Shown here: positions 19,665 to 27,649 of the stretch, piece by piece
Layout: each line of letters starts with the position of its first letter
Numbering within the stretch: position 1 is the first letter of the stretch
NCBI GenBank assembly: GCA_033852135.1
Contig: JAWSVB010000014.1
Location: 2,963 to 66,962 of the forward strand
DNA length: 64,000 nucleotides
Direction: 5' to 3'
DNA from: Gammaproteobacteria bacterium
Lineage (GTDB): Bacteria > Pseudomonadota > Gammaproteobacteria > QZLD01
The notes under the pieces: model-generated
Database searches by the model: none
Told to the model about the DNA's origin: nothing
What the model saw: only the letters and a program-made list of their open reading frames with translations
Position numbers and translations under genes: made by a program

Positions 19665-19808
19665 ATGAATACAAAAGAATTATCTACATGTTTTTGTACA
19701 ACCGAAGTGGAATCGTGTCGTGAGTTCTATATAAAGTATTTTGCGGCCAAAGCTGTTTTTGATTGTGGTTGGTATGCTGTAGTGAAAATTAGTAAAAAGA
19801 TTTCATGA
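19665..19808 (+). pseudogene. 47-aa N-terminal remnant of a glyoxalase/VOC-family protein
   Basis: RBS and ATG are present. The N-terminal beta-alpha-beta-beta-beta pattern (EFYIKYFAAKAVFDCGWYAVVKI) resembles VOC proteins, but the frame stops after 47 aa. Confidence 0.3.
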
Positions 19809-19864
19809 AATCAGAGTCTTTGATTTTGCTCTGCGGTAATGGTTGTTTTTCAAACGACTGCCGA

Positions 19865-19980
19865 CCCCCATTGATTCCGCAGGTAATGAGTAGTCTGAAA
19901 TAGGCAACGATTTAAAACTACATTGTATTCATAATCAAAAAAATGTAGGTTTAACTCAAAGAGTTCACTTTTAATGAATT
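19865..19980. repeat. intergenic repeat family copy R3 (full length, ~115 bp)
   Basis: ccccattgattccgcaggtaatgagtagtctgaaataggcaacgatttaaaactacattgtattcataatcaaaaaaatgtaggtttaactcaaagagttcac, with a perfect ctacatt/aatgtag inverted repeat. GTTAGGC at 20021 lies just before the RBS of ORF 20041. Confidence 0.5.
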
Positions 19981-20040
19981 ATTATTATAAATAATTATGT
20001 TTGATTTGGATCAAATTATAGTTAGGCATAAGGAGATCTA

Positions 20041-20517
20041 ATGGAAATAACTCAAATAATTTTTGCTATAGTGATGGCCATAATTGGCTCTTTCATGGGG
20101 TTTTATATTACTCGTTTCTTAGAAAAGAGGCATCTTCCTAAAATAACAAAAGCTAGACAAAAAGCGATAAATGGCAAATGGGAAGGTACATATAAGCAAG
20201 ATGCAAATAAACACAGAGAGGAAAAAGCTCTTAAAATCGAGTTTATTCTAGAAGCTCTACCTAGAAAAATTATAGGTAAAATGATTGTAGAGGATGAAAA
20301 AAAGTACACTTTTTCAATAGAAGGCCCATTTTACCACAATAAATATTTAAGGTTAAACTATACAGCAAGCAACGAAACAGAGTTCGCAATAGATTTTGGT
20401 TCAATATTTCTTGTATTAGGAGATTACCCTGACACCATGGATGGCAAAATAGCTGGCTATGGATCTATGTCTAGAGCTTTAATATCTGGAAATGTCTCAA
20501 TCAAGAAAAATGCATAA
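20041..20517 (+). CDS. hypothetical protein with single N-terminal TM anchor
   Basis: Strong RBS AAGGAG; no recognisable motif. Confidence 0.4.
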   Translation: MEITQIIFAIVMAIIGSFMGFYITRFLEKRHLPKITKARQKAINGKWEGTYKQDANKHREEKALKIEFILEALPRKIIGKMIVEDEKKYTFSIEGPFYHNKYLRLNYTASNETEFAIDFGSIFLVLGDYPDTMDGKIAGYGSMSRALISGNVSIKKNA

Positions 20518-20610
20518 TATGTTAATTAACGACCGAGTGTTTGGTATGGGATTCAAAGCTGATACATGCTTTTTTCTCGGTTATGATAGGTATTATTTGT
20601 TTAATAGATT

Positions 20611-20919
20611 ATGAGTTATTTTGCTAATTTATGTAATAAACTAAGATTGAAATTATTCTATGTATTTGCGGGTTTAAGCTCAGTATTAGTAATGTTTTTG
20701 TTTTTACTATTACCTATGTATTTATTTCGCCAGTATTATGATATTCCACTGAGCACTAAAGGCCATGATGGGGAAATATGGTTTTTGATTATTGGTGGAA
20801 TCAATGGGGTCAGAGTCTTTGATTTTTCGCTTCGCTCAGAAATCAATACACTACTGACCCCAGTTGATTGCGCTGCTAATGAGCAGTTTGGAATAGATAA
20901 CGATTTAGGTCTATTTTGA
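20611..20919 (+). CDS. hypothetical small membrane protein
   Basis: Two TM helices. Its 3' end overlaps the left arm of repeat copy R4. Confidence 0.35.
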   Translation: MSYFANLCNKLRLKLFYVFAGLSSVLVMFLFLLLPMYLFRQYYDIPLSTKGHDGEIWFLIIGGINGVRVFDFSLRSEINTLLTPVDCAANEQFGIDNDLGLF

Positions 20920-20990
20920 GGCCTGATTATAGTCAGCCTATTTCTCATACTTCAGTTCTTTATCTCAAAGTAATACTATAGTGGTACAGT
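20858..20990. repeat. intergenic repeat family copy R4 (diverged full length)
   Basis: ccccagttgattgcgctgctaatgagcagtttggaatagataacgattta...gattatagtcag...caaag is collinear with R3 at about 75% identity. Confidence 0.45.
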
Positions 20991-21012
20991 TATCTAAACA
21001 TAGGTAAATTGC

Positions 21013-21156
21013 ATGAAAACCGAATTAGTTACCAACCTAGAAAAACAAACTACTAAACTTCTTGAAGGTATTGCAAAAGGTGAACAAGCAATAAGAGAAG
21101 GGCGAACTTTTACCAATGCTGAAGCTAAGGAAAAGCTTAAAAAGTGGCTTAAATAA
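21013..21156 (+). CDS. 47-aa hypothetical protein (coiled-coil, antitoxin-sized)
   Basis: ATG with an upstream AGGTAAAT; absent from the ORF track because it is under 60 aa. Call is speculative. Confidence 0.25.
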   Translation: MKTELVTNLEKQTTKLLEGIAKGEQAIREGRTFTNAEAKEKLKKWLK

Positions 21157-21312
21157 TTTGGGCTGACAAGAAAGAAAAATATATAATCAGTGAAGCTGAA
21201 AATGGTTAACACCGCAATCAACTATAGTGCTTTCTGCACTGAATCTTAAGTCGTTACGTACTTTTTACCGATTACTGCTGGCGTTAAATGACAAAAGGAA
21301 ATTGAGTAACAA

Positions 21313-21732
21313 ATGGAAACAAAAGAATTTCAAACAGAATGGTGCTTACTTCAGAATCAGTTCGATAGTTATGAAAAGCACTCACTGTATATAAAGTTAC
21401 TAAGTGTTATTGTTTTGTTGGCTGCAGAGGCTCTGGATGTAATTAATATTTTTATGTTGCTTATCTTGCTGGTGTTGTGGGTTCAAGATGCAATTTGGAA
21501 GACATTCCAATCACGTATAGAGCCAAGGCTATTGCAAATTGAAAAGTACATCTCGGAGGGAATAGGAGAGGGGAGCGAAAAGGGTGTATGTCAGTTCAAC
21601 ACTGAGTACCAAAAGGTTAGCTTAACTGGACTATCATTAATTATGGAATACGCTAAGCAATCAATTCGACCTACGGTAGCTTTCCCACATATAGTATTGG
21701 TACTGATTTTATTGGTTCAGTACGTACTTTAG
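21313..21732 (+). CDS. hypothetical membrane protein
   Basis: Two or three TM helices; no motif recognised. Confidence 0.35.
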   Translation: METKEFQTEWCLLQNQFDSYEKHSLYIKLLSVIVLLAAEALDVINIFMLLILLVLWVQDAIWKTFQSRIEPRLLQIEKYISEGIGEGSEKGVCQFNTEYQKVSLTGLSLIMEYAKQSIRPTVAFPHIVLVLILLVQYVL

Positions 21733-21809
21733 ACCGTAGGTTGCTGGTCTAGGATAGCTTGAATTGTTAGTTTTGATTTTACGCTTTCTTACTCATAGGT
21801 GAAGGTGAT

Positions 21810-22652
21810 ATGAATAATCAGGATATTAAGGTCGAATTAGGTCCAGTTCAAGAAACTTTGATGCTGCCTCTGTGGGCAAGGGCTAAAGAGGCAGAGAAAG
21901 ACAATCCCATCGTATCTGATACCTATGCTAAAAATATAGTTGAAAGTATCGATTATGATTTCTCACAGATTGAACAGAGTCATATGGCGGATAATCAGGG
22001 TGTATGGGCTATTCGCGCTTATAACTTTGATAATATAGTTAAACAATTTTTAGCTGATAACAGCAATGCTGTGGTTGTAAATTTTGGAGCAGGTTTAGAG
22101 ACCATGTTTCAGAGAGTTGATGATGGTAGTGTTCAATGGATTAATATCGACTTACCAGATGTAGTTGCTCTGCGACAGAAGCTAATTCCTGACTCAGAAC
22201 GGGAAATCACAATCGCTAAATCCATTTTTGATTTCACCTGGATTGACGATATATCTTCACTGACACAAGATCGCCCCATTATGTTCATTGCTTCTGGAGT
22301 ATTATGCTATTTTGAAGCTAGTGAGATCGAAACCCTGTTTCATAATCTTGCTGAAAATTATCCATCATCCCATGTTATTTTTGATTCTATGTCGTGGCTT
22401 CCAGCGTGGGGGTCAAACAGGGAAATAAAGAGAAGTATGAAAAATTCTAAAATGGATTCTTCAGCACTTATTAAGTGGCATCTGAAAAGAGCATCTGGCC
22501 TTAAAAAGTGGGTAGATACAATCAAAATAGTTGAAGAGTATCCTATGCTTTCGAAAGTGCCCGCCATAAATGATTTTAGTAAGAAAGAGATGTGGCAGAT
22601 TAAAATCGTAGCTCTGTTTCGCTTTTACAATATGATTCATGTGCAGCTTTGA
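21810..22652 (+). CDS. class I SAM-dependent O-methyltransferase (TcmP / leucine-carboxyl-methyltransferase-like family)
   Basis: N-terminal ETLMLPLWARA motif and a VVNFGAGLET SAM-binding motif I. Confidence 0.65.
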   Translation: MNNQDIKVELGPVQETLMLPLWARAKEAEKDNPIVSDTYAKNIVESIDYDFSQIEQSHMADNQGVWAIRAYNFDNIVKQFLADNSNAVVVNFGAGLETMFQRVDDGSVQWINIDLPDVVALRQKLIPDSEREITIAKSIFDFTWIDDISSLTQDRPIMFIASGVLCYFEASEIETLFHNLAENYPSSHVIFDSMSWLPAWGSNREIKRSMKNSKMDSSALIKWHLKRASGLKKWVDTIKIVEEYPMLSKVPAINDFSKKEMWQIKIVALFRFYNMIHVQL

Positions 22653-22692
22653 AAAAGCCTGCTTACAAAACAATATGAATAGATCTGGACTA

Positions 22693-23046
22693 TTATTTCT
22701 TCAGCAAATCTTTGAGATTGGCAAATGGATTGTGCGTAGCGACAGATTCAGGTTTATCCTCTCCTGGATTACCAGTTGAATTCATAAATTTCATGTGTTC
22801 CTCTTCATGGCAGTAGGTACAAAGTAACTCCCAATTACTGCCGTCAGCTGGATTATCATCATGGTCGCAGTTTTTGTGGTGTACCTCCAGCTCAGTTAAG
22901 TTGCTGCGTTCAAATGCGCGTGAACAGCGGCCACAAACCCACGGGAATAATTTGAGAGCCTGCTCTCTATACCCTTTGGCACGTAAATCGGCATTCTGCC
23001 GGGCTTCAAGAACCACATTATCCAGTTTACTGCTGTCTTTAGTCAT
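22693..23046 (-). CDS. yajD: HNH nuclease-family protein YajD
   Basis: KALKLFPWVCGRCSRAF...ELEVHH...DGSNWELLCTYCHEEEH closely matches E. coli YajD, including the zinc-finger cysteines and the HNH histidines. Confidence 0.8.
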   Translation of the reverse strand: MTKDSSKLDNVVLEARQNADLRAKGYREQALKLFPWVCGRCSRAFERSNLTELEVHHKNCDHDDNPADGSNWELLCTYCHEEEHMKFMNSTGNPGEDKPESVATHNPFANLKDLLKK

Positions 23047-23172
23047 GCTTTGCCTTTTTTAAATTGAAGAATCATTAAATTTAATATTTTAATACCTACA
23101 CAAAGAGGCGATTAAGTCTGTTTACTGTTAACAATTATAAACCATAAAAAGTACTAAAATATAATTTCAATG

Positions 23173-23200
23173 TTGACACAATTATTCATCAGAGTAATAT
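23173..23200 (+). promoter_or_regulatory. sigma70-like promoter (TTGACA-N16-TAATAT) driving the rtcB leader
   Basis: Consensus -35 hexamer at 23173-23178 and a near-consensus -10 at 23195-23200. Confidence 0.4.
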
Positions 23201-23242
23201 ACGCCGAAATTTCACATCAACTCATATGTTAGGAGGTAATCA

Positions 23243-23269
23243 ATGCAAAAACAGGTAAACAAAATATAA
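23243..23269 (+). CDS. 8-codon leader ORF (MQKQVNKI) with consensus SD AGGAGG
   Basis: AGGAGGT sits 6 nt upstream of the ATG and a TAA stop follows 8 codons. Located inside the rtcB leader. Confidence 0.3.
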   Translation: MQKQVNKI

Positions 23270-23320
23270 AACCTCCCCAGAAAAAATTCTGATTGGGAGG
23301 CTCAGCCTTCTAATCACAAG

Positions 23321-23353
23321 ACCCTGATTAGCTTTGGCTGTCAGGGTTTTTTT
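23321..23353 (+). terminator. intrinsic terminator / attenuator hairpin immediately upstream of rtcB start
   Basis: ACCCTGA-N12-TCAGGGT followed by T7. It is preceded by an SD / anti-SD / anti-anti-SD triplet: AGGAGG 23231, CCTCCCC 23272, GGGAGG 23295. Confidence 0.55.
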
Positions 23354-23376
23354 ATGGGTCAGAATTAGGAATTATT

Positions 23377-24570
23377 ATGCCAGTTTATATGGAACTAAAT
23401 AAGGGGGAAGTTCCGGTAAAAATTTACACTGATGAGATTGAATCAGAAGCGATAGATCAACTTATCAAGGTATCTCAATTACCGTTCATTCACTCACATA
23501 TCGCAGCAATGCCTGATGTGCATAGCGGCAAAGGTGCGACGATAGGAAGTATTATCCCAACAAAAGGAGCGATTATACCTGCTGCTGTTGGCGTGGATAT
23601 TGGATGCGGAATGCAGGCTGTTAGGCTTAACATGAAGCGTAAATACCTGCCTAAGAAGCTTGCTAAGTTGCGTGCCTCGATCGAGGATCTTGTACCAATT
23701 GGGTTTACTATGAACCAACCGGGAAATGCGCATAAAAAAGCGTGTAAGGATCTTGATGCAAGGCTAGATGCGATAGTAAAAAAGCACCCAGAATTGATGA
23801 AGATGGTAAAAAATCTTCCGCAAACTTGGGTTTGCCAAATGGGTACCTTAGGTGGTGGTAACCACTTTATAGAGGTGTGTATTGACCAGCAAGATTCAGT
23901 TTGGATTATGCTGCATACAGGGAGTCGCGGCCTTGGTAATGCAATGGGGAGATATTTTATCTCTCTTGCCAAGCGCAATATGCCTGCGGAAGTAAATCTG
24001 CCAAATAAAGATCTAGCTTACTTTACCGAAGGGACAGAGCTTTTTGATGATTATGTTGAGACAGTTTTATGGGCTCAGGATTATGCCAAAACCAATCGAG
24101 ACGTAATTATGCAAGAGGTACTGTCAGCTGTTGATAAGAGCTCATCCTATCACCAATTAAAAAGTAGCATTATTGACTGCCATCATAACTATGTGGCGCA
24201 GGAGACCCACTTTGGTGAAAAGGTTTTTGTTACTCGTAAAGGTGCAATTCGCGCTGCTAAAGGTGAGGTTGGAATTATCCCCGGTAGCATGGGGGCAAAG
24301 TCTTTTATTGTAGAAGGGATAGGCAACGAGGATTCTTTTCAATCATGCTCCCATGGAGCAGGTAGAAAGATGAGCCGTAGTAAGGCAAAAAGGTCTTTCA
24401 CCAAAAAGGATCTTGAAGCACAAACCAAAGGTATTGAATGCCGTAAGGACAAAGATGTTTTAGATGAGATTCCAAGCGCATATAAAAATATCGATTCGGT
24501 GATGAAGAAACAAAGCGACTTGGTTGAAATCAAATACACCTTAAAGCAGGTTATTTGTATTAAAGGGTAA
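23377..24570 (+). CDS. rtcB: RNA-splicing ligase RtcB (3'-phosphate/5'-hydroxyl RNA ligase)
   Basis: Conserved RtcB motifs: DVHSGKG, GGGNHF, HNY..Q, SHGAGR; ~400 aa. Confidence 0.9.
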   Translation: MPVYMELNKGEVPVKIYTDEIESEAIDQLIKVSQLPFIHSHIAAMPDVHSGKGATIGSIIPTKGAIIPAAVGVDIGCGMQAVRLNMKRKYLPKKLAKLRASIEDLVPIGFTMNQPGNAHKKACKDLDARLDAIVKKHPELMKMVKNLPQTWVCQMGTLGGGNHFIEVCIDQQDSVWIMLHTGSRGLGNAMGRYFISLAKRNMPAEVNLPNKDLAYFTEGTELFDDYVETVLWAQDYAKTNRDVIMQEVLSAVDKSSSYHQLKSSIIDCHHNYVAQETHFGEKVFVTRKGAIRAAKGEVGIIPGSMGAKSFIVEGIGNEDSFQSCSHGAGRKMSRSKAKRSFTKKDLEAQTKGIECRKDKDVLDEIPSAYKNIDSVMKKQSDLVEIKYTLKQVICIKG

Positions 24571-24612
24571 GTTAACAAATATACAACCAACAAAAAACCA
24601 AAAGGAAAGACA

Positions 24613-24867
24613 ATGAAATATAGAAACCATGTAGCGCAAAACCCATTGCTTAGAAAGGGTGGGGCGCATCAAAAATCACGCAGTTCGCAGCGTTCTAGCA
24701 ACAGGCGCAAGCTTAACTCATATCTTGATGAATGGTATGAAGATGAGCATAACGAAAAAAGCGATAATAAAGGGATTAAAGAGGAGCAGGATAGCTCCTC
24801 TTTTTTTGCCATTTATTTAGCTAATTCTTCATATGATAGCTACATAAAAAATCTGCTTATTTCGTAG
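24613..24867 (+). CDS. small basic protein, possibly an ArfA-like alternative ribosome-rescue factor
   Basis: The N-terminal 35 aa (NPLLRKGGAHQKSRSSQRSSNRRK) resemble the hydrophobic-P-L-F-R-x-R plus K/R-rich core of ArfA. The call is weak. Confidence 0.25.
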   Translation: MKYRNHVAQNPLLRKGGAHQKSRSSQRSSNRRKLNSYLDEWYEDEHNEKSDNKGIKEEQDSSSFFAIYLANSSYDSYIKNLLIS

Positions 24868-24887
24868 GTAATAAAGGTTTTATATTA

Positions 24888-24968
24888 GATTGCTACATTA
24901 AAATAATATTGTATTGATTATAAAAAAAATGTAGATTCAAAGCATATGGGCGTTCACGATAAACGAAT
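24888..24968. repeat. intergenic repeat family copy R5
   Basis: gctacattaaaataatattgtattgattataaaaaaaatgtagattcaaagcatatgggcgttcacgataaacgaa, with a perfect ctacatt/aatgtag inverted repeat. Confidence 0.5.
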
Positions 24969-25041
24969 TATTATATAAAGATTTAGATTCCATTTTAACT
25001 CCTAATTATTGATAGATATTTAGTTACTAATTGAGAAAAAT

Positions 25042-25530
25042 ATGTTGATTCAAATATTAAAGCACACACCAATTTGGGTATTTTGCCTTTTCTTTATTCT
25101 GCTGTCTCTAGGGTTTTTACAAAGTAAAACTAGAACGGTCAATAGACGCAGAGTTATTACTATCCCTTGTGCCATGTTGGTCTTATCATTTTTTGGCGTT
25201 ATTTCAGCATTTGGTCCAATATATGCTGGGCTACTTGCTTGGTTTATAGGTATAACTGCTGCCAGTTGGTTAGGTTTTAAGCTTGGGATCATTAAAGGGG
25301 TCACCTATTCAAAGGAAAACCAGACTTTTTTAATCCCAGGTAGCTGGATACCATTTATATTAATGATGGCTCTATTTTTTACAAAATACGCGGTTAATGT
25401 GTTGCTAGCCCTACAGCTTACTATTGTGCAAAGCGCAGAGTTTATTGCTGTGGTTAGTTGCCTTTACGGGTGCTTCAGTGGATTATTTTTTTCTCGCTTA
25501 TTAGTTATAAGAAGAGCGATTAATAAATAG
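25042..25530 (+). CDS. hypothetical membrane protein (4 TM)
   Basis: Hydrophobic profile only. Confidence 0.4.
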   Translation: MLIQILKHTPIWVFCLFFILLSLGFLQSKTRTVNRRRVITIPCAMLVLSFFGVISAFGPIYAGLLAWFIGITAASWLGFKLGIIKGVTYSKENQTFLIPGSWIPFILMMALFFTKYAVNVLLALQLTIVQSAEFIAVVSCLYGCFSGLFFSRLLVIRRAINK

Positions 25531-25664
25531 ATATAAGTAATGCCCAATATCAGCTTAAGCCATTTTGTATCAGGAAATAAATATTTAAACCACGAGCGTT
25601 AACAACAGGTGGTGCTTGGTATAGAAACTTTACTACTTACTGCAATTAATAGGAGAAACAGATA

Positions 25665-26099
25665 GTGAAAACACTAGCAACGATAGCGGCTACTTTTGTA
25701 ATAGGGGTAGCTTCAACACATATCTACGCCGGAGAATATAACTTTAAACCTGGATTGTGGGAAACAACCACAACAATAGAGGTAAAAGGTGTTCCTGCTA
25801 ATATGGCAGCAATGATGAAAGTTCCACCTCAAACTGAGCAGGAATGTATTAAAAGCACAGATCCCATATTTGAATCTGATGAAGAGTGTAAGTTTAAAAA
25901 AACACGTGTTAGTGCAAATAAAATACTGGTTGATGTTACATGCACTGAATCAGAAATGGTGATGAAAGGAAAAGGTGAGATGAACTTCAACGGAAAAACT
26001 ACATCTGGCTGGTTTGAAATGAAAGTACCCCAAGGACCAGCAGGTCCAATGAAAATGAAAAACAAATTTGAAGGTAAGTATCTAGGGCCTTGTAAATAG
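25665..26099 (+). CDS. secreted DUF3617-like protein
   Basis: Signal peptide and a PGLWE motif near the N-terminus of the mature protein. Confidence 0.45.
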   Translation: MKTLATIAATFVIGVASTHIYAGEYNFKPGLWETTTTIEVKGVPANMAAMMKVPPQTEQECIKSTDPIFESDEECKFKKTRVSANKILVDVTCTESEMVMKGKGEMNFNGKTTSGWFEMKVPQGPAGPMKMKNKFEGKYLGPCK

Positions 26100-26198
26100 A
26101 TATCAAATGTTTCCATTAAAGTTCAGTGCGATTCTGCGCTGAACTTGAAGTTAAGCCTTACTTATTTATCCACTTATTTAAACCTCATAAGGTAAAAC

Positions 26199-26582
26199 AT
26201 GATCCAAATTTACGGTATTAAAGAAAATCTAAACCCAATTAAGGCAAAACTGTCTGATGTAATCAATCTGTGTATGGTTGATGCTTTATCGTTTCCTGAT
26301 AATAAGCGTGCACATAGATTTATTCCTATGGAAAAAGAAGATTACTTTTATCCAGAGGGCCGTTCTGATGCATATATGGTAATTGAAATTTCACTAATGA
26401 GTGGCCGTTCAGTTGAGGCAAAGAAAAATCTTATCCATTTGCTATTTCAACGTATTGAATCAACCCTTGGTATTGCTCCTATAGATGTTGAAATTACAAT
26501 CTCTGAATCACCGGCAAGTAATTGGGGCTTTAGAGGTATTACTGGTGATGAAGCAAAATTGAATTATAAGGTAGATGTATAG
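26199..26582 (+). CDS. hypothetical protein, possibly tautomerase-superfamily-like
   Basis: Weak resemblance only (beta-alpha-beta, ~125 aa). Confidence 0.25.
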   Translation: MIQIYGIKENLNPIKAKLSDVINLCMVDALSFPDNKRAHRFIPMEKEDYFYPEGRSDAYMVIEISLMSGRSVEAKKNLIHLLFQRIESTLGIAPIDVEITISESPASNWGFRGITGDEAKLNYKVDV

Positions 26583-26602
26583 TAAGTATATTTATTATGT
26601 GA

Positions 26603-27373
26603 TTAATAATCTTGATAACGATCCATTATTAAATCGTATGTACCATTTTCACGTATTATTTTAAGGCCTTGGTTAAAGTCATCACGAATCTTTTCTAACT
26701 TAAAAACAAAAGAATATTTTGTTGGAGGAAAGATTGTATGCATTTTTACTTTGCGCCTTTGCTCCTCAGGTAATAACTTTGCTTTGCCTAGCGCATTTCT
26801 TAAGTGGAATAAAAAAACTCTTTTATCCGAAATCAACACATCTACCCGTTTTTTCAATAGGATAACAGCATGTAAACTTTGGTCTGAGATCTCAAGATAA
26901 TTTTTATTTTCTGTTGCAACCTGTGCGAACTCATCCCCGAGAAACTTTGAAGCATTTTGAAAAGCTAGAACAGTAAACTTGCTATCTTTCAGGTCAATAA
27001 TGTTATTAATAGAAAAATTATTATCTTCTAAACTAATTGCTACATTCTGAAATGATATGACATCATCACTGTAATACCCCAAAAGCAGTGAATCTTTTTT
27101 TACATTAATTGCGCCATCTAATTTACCCTCTTCAAAGAATGATAATGTTCGAACATTAGGTAAATATCTAATCTTTACTGTATGGCCTTTTATCGCGAAA
27201 GCTGCTCTCAATATATCTATTTCAATACCTGAATCGCTATCCTGGATAACATATGGAGGCAGGGAAAATCCAACCCCTATAGTTATCTCATCGGCTAATA
27301 CGGTGTTTATAAATAACATATTGAGCACAAATAAAAGTGAATAAGATATAGACATGGCTTTTGTTCTAATCAT
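26603..27373 (-). CDS. periplasmic solute-binding-like protein (paralog family of ORF 305..1243)
   Basis: Signal peptide. N-terminal ITIGVGFSLPPYVI...GIEIDILRAAF is typical of SBP family 3. Confidence 0.55.
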   Translation of the reverse strand: MIRTKAMSISYSLLFVLNMLFINTVLADEITIGVGFSLPPYVIQDSDSGIEIDILRAAFAIKGHTVKIRYLPNVRTLSFFEEGKLDGAINVKKDSLLLGYYSDDVISFQNVAISLEDNNFSINNIIDLKDSKFTVLAFQNASKFLGDEFAQVATENKNYLEISDQSLHAVILLKKRVDVLISDKRVFLFHLRNALGKAKLLPEEQRRKVKMHTIFPPTKYSFVFKLEKIRDDFNQGLKIIRENGTYDLIMDRYQDY

Positions 27374-27649
27374 TCACTTTTCCTTAGGTGCAGGTCGAAT
27401 TGATTGTTGTAATGCTAGTATTAAATATAGCGCAAAAAAGTTTGAAATGCCTTGTTAACAATAAGTTAAAGATGGTGCTTTAAAAAAATATTTGGATTGT
27501 TAACTAGTGTAATGAATGGATTTGTTGCGTAGGGGAAGATAAATATAAAGAGGGGGCGTGAACTAATAAGGCAAGTATCAATTAAAAGATATTTGCCTTA
27601 TTAAGATATATACCAGGAGTGGATAAAATTAAATCAATATATGGTCAGA

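Noticed and set aside
23243-23269. Treating the 8-codon leader ORF as a bona fide peptide gene
   Set aside because: It is too short to assess composition. It is retained only as part of the leader hypothesis, and its real role (if any) is more likely to be translation-coupled structure switching.
24613-24867. Annotating ORF 24613 firmly as arfA
   Set aside because: The similarity is confined to about 25 residues and recalled from memory. It is kept as a low-confidence feature and finding only.
16317-26582. Calling the small-ORF region a bona fide integron
   Set aside because: No tyrosine recombinase (intI) or attI is in the window. Only two of six repeat copies have a GTTRRRY core nearby, and no clear RYYYAAC inverse core is present. 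I kept this as a hypothesis in the findings rather than annotating attC sites.
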